DNA from: an uncultured Nitrospiraceae bacterium
GTDB taxonomy: Bacteria > Nitrospirota > Thermodesulfovibrionia > Thermodesulfovibrionales > Dissulfurispiraceae
Assembly (NCBI GenBank): GCA_963727805.1
Contig: CAVSHF010000003.1
Coordinates: forward strand, 1,248,001-1,312,000
Direction of reading: 5' to 3'
DNA length: 64,000 nt
In this document: piece by piece, positions 1 through 9,669 of the stretch
Layout of the letters: each line of letters starts with the position of its first letter
Position numbering within the stretch: the stretch's first letter is position 1
Program-made: the position numbers and the translations under genes
The notes under the pieces: generated by a model
Seen by the model: only the letters and a program-made list of their open reading frames with translations
Database searches by the model: none
Told to the model about the DNA's origin: nothing

Positions 1-286
1 AAACATCAGGCACGAAGAGAATATCGACCTTCGCGGTTTCGAGCTTCTGCCTATCGCTCTCGAACTCCCTCGGATATTGTTCAAAATCCTCAGTAGGTCC
101 GAACTGTGTCGGATTGACAAAGATGCTCGCTACAACCACATCGTTCTCGCTTCGGGCGCACTTGCTAAGGTAAAGGTGGCCTTCATGCAAAGCACCCATG
201 GTCGGGACAAACCCTATCGTCTTACCCTGCGTTAGCAGCCTTCTAGACGTTTCTTTCATCATGCGTGGCGTGCGGATAATTTCCAT
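1..286 (-). CDS. panC: Pantoate--beta-alanine ligase, 5' part (runs off window start)
   Basis: Manual translation [38 protein letters not shown]...[20 protein letters not shown]; PanC motifs. Confidence 0.95.
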   Translation of the reverse strand, partial: MEIIRTPRMMKETSRRLLTQGKTIGFVPTMGALHEGHLYLSKCARSENDVVVASIFVNPTQFGPTEDFEQYPREFESDRQKLETAKVDILFVPDV

Positions 287-403
287 AAAATACTGTATAC
301 AAGTTTTTGGCTAATAATCAAGCAGCCCTTTTCACTTACCATGTGCAACATAAGGCGACATTAGGAAAGCAGCAGTTCAATTCACCGCAAGAATTATACA
401 ATT

Positions 404-745
404 TTAACAGGTAAGATGAAGGCAGGCGATGGTCCTCTTTTGAAGGGAGAGGTCTTTATAAAGAGAGACTGCCTCTCCGGTTTTCTTCACATATACCTCG
501 GTCCCTTTCGAAACATGTTCCCGAACTAAGTCTTGAGGGACTTTTAATGCACCATTAAACCCGGTACCGATGATAATCGATTCAGGCCTTTCATTTACGA
601 CATCCACAAGATCGTCTAGGTGCAGGGAATGGCCCGCCCTGCGCCTCCATGAAGAGTCGACTCTACCCGGATAGATGATCACATCCGCTGTATATCCCTT
701 GCCGCCAACCGTAATTTTACCGAACGAGTAGTCTTCGATCCTCAT
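404..745 (-). CDS. Mth938/DUF498-like protein
   Basis: MRIEDYSFGKITV...DVIIYP...IIGTGFNGAL...ACLHLTC pattern; ATG at 745 preferred. Confidence 0.8.
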   Translation of the reverse strand: MRIEDYSFGKITVGGKGYTADVIIYPGRVDSSWRRRAGHSLHLDDLVDVVNERPESIIIGTGFNGALKVPQDLVREHVSKGTEVYVKKTGEAVSLYKDLSLQKRTIACLHLTC

Positions 746-928
746 ATTTAATGAATATATAAAATTTCCCGGCACTTCACAATGAAATCCCTTTTATGCT
801 AAAACACTAGAGACGGTTGAAGGATTCAGATGTCGAAGAGTTACTATGTCAAGACATAAAAATATGCTGGCATGTTATTTCATAACTTCTCAACGCCGGA
901 ACTCAGTAACTAATTTTTGGAGGTTTTG

Positions 929-2134
929 ATGGCAAAAAAAATTGTTCTTGCCTATTCAGGGGGTCTCGATACATCCGTCGCGATTAAGTGGCTCAAGGAG
1001 ACGTATCATGCTGAAGTTGTCGCATACTGCGCCGACCTCGGACAGGACGAGGACCTGCAGGCAGTTAAGAAGAAGGCGTTGAAGACCGGCGCTTCAAAAG
1101 CTTATGTTGAAGATGCAAGGGAAGAGTTCGTCAGGGATTATGTCTTCCCCATGCTTAGAGCAAATGCTATTTATGAGGGTGTCTATCTGCTCGGCACATC
1201 GATAGCACGTCCTCTGATCGCAAAAAAGCAGATAGATATAGCGATCAAAGAAAAGGCGGATGCAGTGGCACACGGCGCTACTGGCAAAGGCAATGACCAG
1301 GTCCGCTTCGAGCTGACATATTATGCACTGAAACCAGGCATACAAGTTATCAGCCCCTGGCGCGAATGGACCTTTGATTCCAGGCAATCGCTCATCAGTT
1401 ATGCTAGAAAGCATAATATACCTGTAGACGCCACAAAAAAGAAGCCCTACAGCACTGATAGGAACGTCCTCCATATCAGCTATGAAGGTGGCATCTTGGA
1501 AGACCCTTGGGCGGAGCCGCCGAAGGATATGTACACTATGATGGTACCTCCCAATAAGGCGCCCGACAAACCTACTTATATCGAGATCGATTACGAAAGA
1601 GGAAATCCGGTAAAGCTGAACGGAAAGGCCCTTTCACCGTTTAAGTTCTTTCAGCAGCTCAACAAGATCGCAGGATCGAACGGTATCGGGAGGGTCGATC
1701 TCGTCGAGAACCGCTATGTCGGCATGAAATCGCGGGGCGTCTACGAGACCCCGGCGGGCACCGTTCTCCATGTCGCTCACAGGGCCGTCGAATCGCTCAC
1801 TCTCGACAGGGAAGTCTTACACCTTCGGGATTCCTTGGTCCCGAAATACGCCGAACTCGTCTATTACGGCTTCTGGTTCTCGCCTGAAAGGGAGATTCTT
1901 CAAAATACGGTAGATATGATCCAAAAAGATGTAACAGGGACAGCGCGGCTGCAGCTCTACAAGGGCAACTGCCTCGTAGTCGGAAGAAAGTCGCCCAAAT
2001 CGCTGTACCATCCCGAACTTGCGACTTTCGAATCGGAAAAGATCTATAACCAGAAGGATGCCGAAGGATTCATCAAATTAAATGCTCTTCGCCTCAAAGT
2101 CAGGAGCTTACTGAGAAATGATAATAGGAAATAA
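929..2134 (+). CDS. argG: Argininosuccinate synthase
   Basis: [36 protein letters not shown] before ATG 929. Confidence 0.97.
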   Translation: MAKKIVLAYSGGLDTSVAIKWLKETYHAEVVAYCADLGQDEDLQAVKKKALKTGASKAYVEDAREEFVRDYVFPMLRANAIYEGVYLLGTSIARPLIAKKQIDIAIKEKADAVAHGATGKGNDQVRFELTYYALKPGIQVISPWREWTFDSRQSLISYARKHNIPVDATKKKPYSTDRNVLHISYEGGILEDPWAEPPKDMYTMMVPPNKAPDKPTYIEIDYERGNPVKLNGKALSPFKFFQQLNKIAGSNGIGRVDLVENRYVGMKSRGVYETPAGTVLHVAHRAVESLTLDREVLHLRDSLVPKYAELVYYGFWFSPEREILQNTVDMIQKDVTGTARLQLYKGNCLVVGRKSPKSLYHPELATFESEKIYNQKDAEGFIKLNALRLKVRSLLRNDNRK

Positions 2135-2190
2135 ATGGATCATGTTTCAGCTAGAGGAGCCTGGATAAGAATACTATAATTAGCAGCGAC

Positions 2191-3015
2191 CCTTATGGGA
2201 AATCGATTGCCCGGACCATCGCCGCTGAGTTCACAGCAGAGGGCTGTACCATTGTCAGCGGTATAGCCTGCGAAGCCCGCGCGATAGATACCACGGGGAA
2301 TAAAGGGGCGCTGAAGGCGGAAGGTAGAAGTATCGCCGTGCTCGATCGCGGCATCGATACGCCCTATCCTCGCGAAAACAAATCGCTCTTAAAGAAACTG
2401 GTCGAAAACAGCGCTGTCATCAGCGAATTCACGCTCGGTACCTCACCGAACCGGAAGAACTTTCTCAAAAGAAACAGGCTCATTAGAGGACTTTCGCCAG
2501 GCCTGCAGATCATCAAGGCCAGCGCCGGAAGCGGCTCATTGATAACCACTCATTATGCCCTCGAACAGGGCAAGGGAATCTTGCCGTCCCGGAGGCATCA
2601 TCTCCATGAATTCCTTGGGGCACTAATGCGATTAAAAAGAAAGGAGCAAAACTGGTTCATCATGTCAACGAGATCATCGGCGAGTTGACTCCGCTTCTAG
2701 GAGGCTGCTCAGAAGATTCCGAATGAGACCGATAAAAAGGGGCACGACATGGTTACTGTTCTTGGCGGACTTGAAATAAACAATAAAGAAAAGGCAATAT
2801 GTAGTGTTCTGGGGAGCGACCCCCGCCATATCGATGTAATCTCCCGAGATACCGGGATAGCCTCTCAGAAATTGTCGGGAATTCTGCTTGACCTTGCAAT
2901 GAAAGGTATACTAAAGCAGCCTGAAGGTAAAAGATTTGTGATACTCAAGACAACACAAACCAGGATCATACTCCGGCAGCCTGCACTGTCTGCTAGACAG
3001 TCTCGCTTATTATAA
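2191..3015 (+). pseudogene. dprA: Degraded DNA-processing protein DprA/Smf
   Basis: PYGKSIA..TIVSGIA(CEA)RAIDT..GAL..IAVL.RGID.PYP.EN, SEF.LGT.P...NF..RNRLI.GLS, SGSLIT..YALEQG; N-terminus missing (in-frame TAG 2152-2154); frameshifts near 2580-2620; winged-helix remnant 2749-3015; dprA-smg-topA synteny. Confidence 0.88.
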
Positions 3016-3117
3016 ATTCCGGAAGTAGTGCATAAGTGCGCGATGTGTTTGCGTTTGTGCGACGATGTAAGAAAATACCGCATTTAGGGCGTGTGGACTT
3101 GCTATATAGGGAGGAGA

Positions 3118-3402
3118 ATGGCAAGAAGACTGATGGATCTGCTGAGGGTCCTTGCAAAGGAAATCATCGAGAAGGGTTACGATGCCGATGACGCGTTGCA
3201 GAAGATCAACGTCGTCGACATAGATTTTATTACCGTTAAAGAGGAGCTCCACACTCTCGAGCAGTCGAAACATATCGACGATGCCGAACTGGACACTATA
3301 AAGGCGCTCCTCGCATATATACTCATGAGGGACTCCGACCTCGAAGTCGAGGACGTCTATGCCTTTATTTTCGGTAGAGGGCGTCAAATCATATGGAATT
3401 AG
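3118..3402 (+). CDS. Small acidic hypothetical protein, probably Smg/DUF494-like
   Basis: GGAGGAG before ATG 3118; lies between dprA and topA where smg normally sits; family call rests on synteny. Confidence 0.6.
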   Translation: MARRLMDLLRVLAKEIIEKGYDADDALQKINVVDIDFITVKEELHTLEQSKHIDDAELDTIKALLAYILMRDSDLEVEDVYAFIFGRGRQIIWN

Positions 3403-3432
3403 CTGAATTCATCCGGAATCAGGAGGAAGATT

Positions 3433-5739
3433 TTGAAATCTCTGGTCATAGTCGAATCGCCCGCCAAGGCGAAGACCATCAACAAAATACTCGGAAGTGA
3501 TTTTGACGTAAAGGCCTCTATAGGGCATGTAAAAGACCTGCCTGCAAAGGAACTCGGAGTAGATGTAAAAAAAGGTTTTGCGCCCACTTACATCATTATC
3601 CCCGGCAAGGAAAAGATTATCAGGGACTTAAAAAAAGAGGCGAAAAAAGCCGAAAGGGTCTACATCGCAACTGACCCTGACCGCGAAGGAGAAGCTATCG
3701 CCTATCATATCGCCGAGGAGATCAAAGATCCAAAGAATCCTGATAAGATCTTCAGGGTCGCCTTTCACGAAATCACGGCAAAATCGGTCAAGGAAGCTAT
3801 CAACCATCCTGGTGCGATCAATACGGACAAAGTCGACGCGCAACAAGCGCGCAGGATCCTTGACCGTCTCGTCGGATACAATCTCAGCCCATTCCTGTGG
3901 AGGAAAGTCCGAAGGGGATTAAGCGCCGGAAGGGTCCAATCCGTTGCCGTGCGGCTCGTTGTCGACAGGGAGCGCGAGATCGAGGCCTTCAATAAGGAGG
4001 AGTACTGGACCATCGAGAACATACTCGAATCACCCAAAATTTCCGGAGTCTTAATCCCGGCAAGACTATTTAAATACGCTGATTCCCTCGTCGTCGATCG
4101 CGATAAACCCGAAGGACAGAGGTTCCTGATCAGTACAGCAGAAAAAGCTCAGCAGGTTGTCGATGATATCAAAGGCAAGGAATGCTTCCTTGCAAAAATC
4201 GACAAACGCCTTAAGAAAAGGACCCCTGCGGCGCCGTTCATCACCAGCACCATTCAGCAGGAAGCGGCGCGAAGGCTGCGGTTCCCCGCGAAAAAGACCA
4301 TGATGATTGCCCAACAACTCTATGAAGGTGTCGAACTCGGGGCCGAGGGCTCTGTCGGTCTGATCACTTATATGAGGACCGATTCTTTCAGAATTGCTCC
4401 CGAGGCGCAACAATGGGCGCGAGATTTCATCGGCAATAAATTCGGTAAAGACTATGTACCCGAAAAGGCACCCTTCTACAAGAGCAAACAGGCAGCCCAA
4501 GAGGCCCACGAGGCTATCAGACCGACTTATGAAGATAAATCGCCCGAAAAAGTAAAGCCTTTTTTGCACAGGGACCAGTACAATCTTTACAAGTTAATCT
4601 GGAACCGCTTCATCGCCAGCCAGATGAGCCCGGCGCAACTTGAACAAACGACCTTCATCATCGGTCTCAGAGACAACGGTCGTGATGTTCAGGGCATCGA
4701 ATTCAGGGCATCCGGAATGGTAATCAAATTCCCCGGCTTTATGGCCCTCTATACCGAGAGCAAGGACGATATTGAGGAAGAGGAAGGGGGCTTGCTTCCT
4801 GCACTATCCGAAAATGATACGCTCGAACAGAAGGAAATCAAACCCGTTCAGCACTTCACCCAGCCACCCCCACGCTACACCGAGGCGACCCTTGTAAAGG
4901 CATTGGAAGATAAAGGCATCGGAAGGCCGAGCACGTATGCCTCCATCCTCTCGACCATCCAGGACAGAAAATATGCCCAAAAATCCGACAACCGTTTTTC
5001 CCCTACCGAATTAGGCGTAGTGGTCAACGATCTGCTAGTTGAAAAGTTCCCCGAACTGATAGATTACAATTTCACGGCGACGATGGAAAATGAGCTTGAC
5101 GAGATTGAGCAGGCGAAGCTGAACTGGGTGAAGGTAGTCAAGGACTTTTTCATACCCTTCGATTTCGATCTGAAAGCCGCTGCAAAGGATACGGAGAGGG
5201 TCAAGCCCGAAGATATCCCGACCGAGATAGTCTGCGAAAAATGCGGCTCTCCCATGGTCATAAAATGGGGCCGACACGGCAGGTTCCTCGCCTGTTCCGG
5301 ATACCCCCAGTGCAAAAACACAAGACCGCTTGAGGGAGAGAGACCCCAGACAGTCGAAGATATCGCCACCGGTGAAAGCTGCGAAAAGTGCGGCTCTCCC
5401 ATGGTCATAAAGACGGGCAGATTCGGTAAGTTCGTCGCTTGTTCGAAATACCCCGAATGCAAGACAACCAAGCCGCTCTCTACAGGCGTCAAATGCCCCG
5501 TCGACGGAGGAGACATCGTCGAACGGAAATCGAAGCGCGGCAAACCTTTCTGGAGCTGCAGCAACTATCCAAACTGCACCTTCGCCCTGTGGTATAAGCC
5601 CGTCCCGGTGGAATGCCCGAAGTGCAAGGCTCCGTTCCTCGTCGAAAAGCGGAACAAGACCGGTGATATCTTCCAAGTCTGCATCGAAAAGCAGTGCGGA
5701 CACAAGGAAGAGGTGAAACAGCAGGAGGGCGTGACGTAA
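3433..5739 (+). CDS. topA: Type IA DNA topoisomerase I
   Basis: VIVESPAKAKTI, ATDPDREGEAI, SAGRVQS, GLITYMRTD, C-terminal C4 zinc ribbons; AGGAGG + TTG start. Confidence 0.97.
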   Translation: MKSLVIVESPAKAKTINKILGSDFDVKASIGHVKDLPAKELGVDVKKGFAPTYIIIPGKEKIIRDLKKEAKKAERVYIATDPDREGEAIAYHIAEEIKDPKNPDKIFRVAFHEITAKSVKEAINHPGAINTDKVDAQQARRILDRLVGYNLSPFLWRKVRRGLSAGRVQSVAVRLVVDREREIEAFNKEEYWTIENILESPKISGVLIPARLFKYADSLVVDRDKPEGQRFLISTAEKAQQVVDDIKGKECFLAKIDKRLKKRTPAAPFITSTIQQEAARRLRFPAKKTMMIAQQLYEGVELGAEGSVGLITYMRTDSFRIAPEAQQWARDFIGNKFGKDYVPEKAPFYKSKQAAQEAHEAIRPTYEDKSPEKVKPFLHRDQYNLYKLIWNRFIASQMSPAQLEQTTFIIGLRDNGRDVQGIEFRASGMVIKFPGFMALYTESKDDIEEEEGGLLPALSENDTLEQKEIKPVQHFTQPPPRYTEATLVKALEDKGIGRPSTYASILSTIQDRKYAQKSDNRFSPTELGVVVNDLLVEKFPELIDYNFTATMENELDEIEQAKLNWVKVVKDFFIPFDFDLKAAAKDTERVKPEDIPTEIVCEKCGSPMVIKWGRHGRFLACSGYPQCKNTRPLEGERPQTVEDIATGESCEKCGSPMVIKTGRFGKFVACSKYPECKTTKPLSTGVKCPVDGGDIVERKSKRGKPFWSCSNYPNCTFALWYKPVPVECPKCKAPFLVEKRNKTGDIFQVCIEKQCGHKEEVKQQEGVT

Positions 5740-5761
5740 TCCCCCTGAGTCAGGCCTGCTC

Positions 5762-6526
5762 ATGAGTACGCGCAAACCTTTCATAATAGGAATTGGCGGC
5801 GCGCACAGTTCCGTCGGCAAGACAAGCCTTGCTGCCGCAATTATCAGGTTTTTTACAAGCCGCCAGTCCGTGTACCCTTTCGGCAAACAGCCGAGACTCG
5901 GCGCGATTAAATATACCCGAACGCCTCTTTATGCTTCTCTCGTCGAAGATGCATCGCTTATCGGCATAGACCGTAAAGATACCGCGAGGCTTTCCGAAGC
6001 CGGGGCTGAAAAGGTGCTCTGGATTCAATCTCCGCGGACAGACCTCGAAGAGCTCGTTACCGTAGCCTTATCGAGACTCGCAGATCTTGACATAATAGTG
6101 ATCGAGGGGAACAGTGCGATTGAGTTTGCGAAGCCTGATATTGTAATATTCATAATTGGAGAAACTGAAAAGAGTATCAAGCCCTCTGCTCAAAAGCTTT
6201 TAAGTCAGGCTGATATTATTATCGTTCCAGACGCGGCTTGGACAGTACGTCTTGTCTCAATGACATCGGCGAAGACACATGCTGTGAAGGACTATCCTTA
6301 CGTATTTGATGATGAGGCCATACAGGTTATAATAAGTTTCATGGAAGAAATCGTGAAGAAAAAAAAGATTGAACGAATGCTGAAGGAAAGGGCTATTGAT
6401 GCCCGGATTACCTGTACTGCCGCGAGGATGATTGCTGAAGAGCTTAGCGTGTCATATAGTGAAGTCGGTAACGCAGCGACCGAGTTGAAAATCAAGATCA
6501 AGAACTGCGAGCTCGGTTGCTTCTGA
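5762..6526 (+). CDS. MobB-like P-loop NTPase fused to a small C-terminal Cys-containing domain (..CELGCF)
   Basis: GGAHSSVGKT Walker A, KDTARL..AGA, IVIEGNS; tail ITCTAAR..A.EL.V....VG..A.ELKIKIKNCELGCF. Confidence 0.6.
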   Translation: MSTRKPFIIGIGGAHSSVGKTSLAAAIIRFFTSRQSVYPFGKQPRLGAIKYTRTPLYASLVEDASLIGIDRKDTARLSEAGAEKVLWIQSPRTDLEELVTVALSRLADLDIIVIEGNSAIEFAKPDIVIFIIGETEKSIKPSAQKLLSQADIIIVPDAAWTVRLVSMTSAKTHAVKDYPYVFDDEAIQVIISFMEEIVKKKKIERMLKERAIDARITCTAARMIAEELSVSYSEVGNAATELKIKIKNCELGCF

Positions 6527-7341
6527 TGGATACCATACTTTTCGAATTGGCCGTTACCGGCTACTTTGTCGCCACCGTCCTCGGCATCTTCGATATATTT
6601 AGGGGCGGCAAGCAATCATCGAAGCTGATGATCTCATTTGCCGCTGCCGGTTTTGCCGTCCACACCTCATGCATACTTTATCGCTATGTTGTTGGCGGCC
6701 ACCTGCCCGTAACCAGTATGCATGAAGCGACTTCTTTCTTTGCATGGTGCATCGTGCTTATTTACTTCTTCCTCGAATTCAGGTACAAGATCGGAATCAT
6801 GGGATCGTTCACCCTCCCCATCGTATTTCTGATGATGCTCTCTGCAGCTTTTCTTCCGAGGGCAATGGCACCCCTGAGTCCGGCGCTTCAGAGCAACTGG
6901 CTTTGGATACATACGATCTTTGCCTTTGTCGGCAATGCAGCATTTGCCGTTGCCTTCGGAGTCGGCATTATGTACCTGCTCCAGGAGCATTACTTGAAAT
7001 CAAAGCATTGGGGCGGTCTCTTCCAGAGACTCCCAAGCGTGCAGGTCCTGGACGAAATCAACCATAAGCTTATTAACATAGGGTTCCCATTTCTCACAAT
7101 GGCTATCATCACAGGCTCGCTCTGGGCCGAAAACACTTGGGGGAGATACTGGCGCTGGGACCCTAAAGAGGTCTGGTCGCTCATCACTTGGTTTGTCTAC
7201 GCAGTCATATTCCATCTGCGACTTACCGCGGGATGGCGCCAGAAAAGGGCCGCCTTGCTCTCCATAATCGGGTTTATTATCGTATTATTCACCTTTTTCG
7301 GTGTTAATCTTCTTTTGAAAAGTGTTCACACATTTCAATGA
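6526..7341 (+). CDS. ccsA: Cytochrome c assembly protein, CcsA/ResC (WWD) family
   Basis: WGRYWRWDPKEVWSLITW motif, several TM helices, conserved His; ATG overlaps upstream TGA. Confidence 0.88.
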   Translation: MDTILFELAVTGYFVATVLGIFDIFRGGKQSSKLMISFAAAGFAVHTSCILYRYVVGGHLPVTSMHEATSFFAWCIVLIYFFLEFRYKIGIMGSFTLPIVFLMMLSAAFLPRAMAPLSPALQSNWLWIHTIFAFVGNAAFAVAFGVGIMYLLQEHYLKSKHWGGLFQRLPSVQVLDEINHKLINIGFPFLTMAIITGSLWAENTWGRYWRWDPKEVWSLITWFVYAVIFHLRLTAGWRQKRAALLSIIGFIIVLFTFFGVNLLLKSVHTFQ

Positions 7342-8609
7342 ACATCCTCGTCATCGGACTGAATCATAAGACCGCATCCGTAGAAGTGAGGGAACGGCTT
7401 GCCTTCAACGGCCCGAAGCTTGAAGAGGGTCTCTTAAAGGTTAGACAACTGTCATCTGTGAATGAAGCAGTGCTCCTTTCCACCTGCAACAGGGTCGAGA
7501 TCTATTTGGCAGTAGGGGACAGAGTGGCAGCAACAGAAGCAGTAAATGATTGCATCTCGTACTTTCACAATATCGAACGGCGGGAGTTCGAGACGTCTCT
7601 TTATGTCTATAATAATTCTGAAGCAGTGCGCCACGTGTTCCGTGTGGCTTCAAGCCTTGATTCGATGATCGTCGGGGAACCTCAGGTCCTCGGCCAGCTC
7701 AAAGATGCATTCGAGTTCGCTCTCTCGAAAAAAACGACTGGCGTCTTCCTGAACCGCCTTATGAAAAAGGCGATCTCGACTGCCAAAAGAGTCCGAACCG
7801 AAACAAAGATCGCCGAAAATGCCGTATCCATTAGCTTTGCAGCCGTCGAACTCGCCAAGAAGATATTCACTGAGCTCTCCGGCAAATCCTTCATGCTGCT
7901 GGGTGCGGGCGAGATGGCCGAACTTGCCGCCCGCCACCTCGTCAACAGCGGAGTAAGTGATGTAAAGGTCGCAAACCGGACTTATGAGCGCTGCTGCGAG
8001 CTCGCGCAGGAATTCTGCGGCAAGGCAGTCCGCTTCGAAGATTTCGTCAAGGAACTGGTCCATACAGATATCCTCATCTGCTCCACGGGAGCGCCTTCTT
8101 ATGTCCTTCTCAAAGATCAGATGCAACAGGTAATGAAAGAACGGAAGCACCGGCCGGTCTTTCTGATCGACATATCAGTGCCGAGAAACATCGATCCGGA
8201 TATCAATAAAATAGACAATGTCTACCTCTATAATGTCGACGACCTTCAGGAAGTCGTGGATACGAACATTCTCGGAAGAAAAAAAGAAGCAGCGAAAGCG
8301 GCAGCGATAGTCGACGAAGAGGTCGAAAAGTTCACGCACTGGCTTACTACCCTCGATTCGGTGCCTCTCATCATAGCCCTCCGGCAGAAGGCCGACGGTA
8401 TCAAGCAGGAGGAGATTGAAAAATTCAAAAATAAATTCCCCGATCTCGACAAGGAGAAAATGGAAGCGGTGGAACATCTCGCGAACGCGTTAACAAACAA
8501 GCTCATACATCACCCCACGGTTGCACTCAGAGAGAACGCTGAGGACCGTGAGATGATAACTATTGTGATAAAAAAACTCTATGGGATAAACGGAGACGAT
8601 GAAGAATAG
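7338..8609 (+). CDS. hemA: Glutamyl-tRNA reductase
   Basis: [43 protein letters not shown]. Confidence 0.97.
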   Translation: MNILVIGLNHKTASVEVRERLAFNGPKLEEGLLKVRQLSSVNEAVLLSTCNRVEIYLAVGDRVAATEAVNDCISYFHNIERREFETSLYVYNNSEAVRHVFRVASSLDSMIVGEPQVLGQLKDAFEFALSKKTTGVFLNRLMKKAISTAKRVRTETKIAENAVSISFAAVELAKKIFTELSGKSFMLLGAGEMAELAARHLVNSGVSDVKVANRTYERCCELAQEFCGKAVRFEDFVKELVHTDILICSTGAPSYVLLKDQMQQVMKERKHRPVFLIDISVPRNIDPDINKIDNVYLYNVDDLQEVVDTNILGRKKEAAKAAAIVDEEVEKFTHWLTTLDSVPLIIALRQKADGIKQEEIEKFKNKFPDLDKEKMEAVEHLANALTNKLIHHPTVALRENAEDREMITIVIKKLYGINGDDEE

Positions 8610-9576
8610 AAAGATCGTTATTGGAACACGCGGAAGCAAGCTTGCTTTGTGGCAAGCCGAATGGGTTAAGGCGGAATTACAGAGGCTCCATCCGGGGATA
8701 GAGGTCGGGCTAAACAAGATCAAGACGACGGGCGATAAAATACTTGATGTCCCGCTCGCCAAGGTGGGCGGCAAGGGCCTCTTCGTAAAGGAGATTGAAG
8801 AAGCACTATTACGGGGAGAGGCAGACATTGCGGTCCATAGCATGAAAGATGTGCCGACCGAGTTTCCTGAAGGGCTGCACTTAGCGGTCATATGCAAAAG
8901 GGAAGACCCTCGGGACGCCTTTATAGCACAAATCAGAAATCAACAGCCAAAAATCAATAATTTTGGGAGTCTACGTGAAGGGGCCGTGATAGGGACGAGC
9001 AGCCTCAGGCGCTCTTGCCAACTCCTGCATATCAGACCGGACCTGAAGATCGCTCAATTAAGGGGAAACCTCGGCACCCGCATCCAAAAGCTCGACGAAG
9101 GCCAATTTGACGCGATCATCCTCGCAGCCGCTGGAGTGAAAAGACTCGGCTGGGCTGAACGGATAACCGAAATCCTTTCTCCCGAGATGAGCCTGCCAGC
9201 GATCGGACAGGGCGCCATTGGGATCGAATGCCGGATCGACAGCGAGGTCAATGATCTCATCGCCTCCCTTAACGATTCCGAAACCTCAATCTGTGTGCGC
9301 GCAGAAAGGGCCTTCCTCGGGAGGCTTGAAGGTGGCTGTCAGGTGCCAATCGCCGCATACGCGAGGATTGAATCTCAAGTTCTTACAATGGAAGGTCTTG
9401 TCGGAAACCTTGCGGGGGATATCATAATAAAGGAACACATGGAGGGCCTGCCCGCTGATGCTGATTCAATCGGTCTTGCCCTGGCGGAAAAACTCCTTTC
9501 GCGCGGTGCAAAGAAAATACTCGACGAGGTATACGGCCGATGCGTCCCCGGAATAGACGGAGATTTGGCGAGCTAA
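8599..9576 (+). CDS. hemC: Porphobilinogen deaminase
   Basis: [43 protein letters not shown]. Confidence 0.97.
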   Translation: MKNRKIVIGTRGSKLALWQAEWVKAELQRLHPGIEVGLNKIKTTGDKILDVPLAKVGGKGLFVKEIEEALLRGEADIAVHSMKDVPTEFPEGLHLAVICKREDPRDAFIAQIRNQQPKINNFGSLREGAVIGTSSLRRSCQLLHIRPDLKIAQLRGNLGTRIQKLDEGQFDAIILAAAGVKRLGWAERITEILSPEMSLPAIGQGAIGIECRIDSEVNDLIASLNDSETSICVRAERAFLGRLEGGCQVPIAAYARIESQVLTMEGLVGNLAGDIIIKEHMEGLPADADSIGLALAEKLLSRGAKKILDEVYGRCVPGIDGDLAS

Positions 9577-9669
9577 ATCTGCACTGAATCATACGGCTCT
9601 CCGATGTGACAGATTCCGGTCAACTCGGAATAATATCAACTTGAATCCACAGGAAGGTCTGAAGAATTA

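Noticed and set aside
750..885. ARG-box-like half sites upstream of argG
   Set aside because: Only half matches in AT-rich DNA
5035..5886. Long antisense ORFs over topA, and similar shadows over nuo, zwf and hsp20 genes
   Set aside because: Opposite well-supported genes and lack motifs
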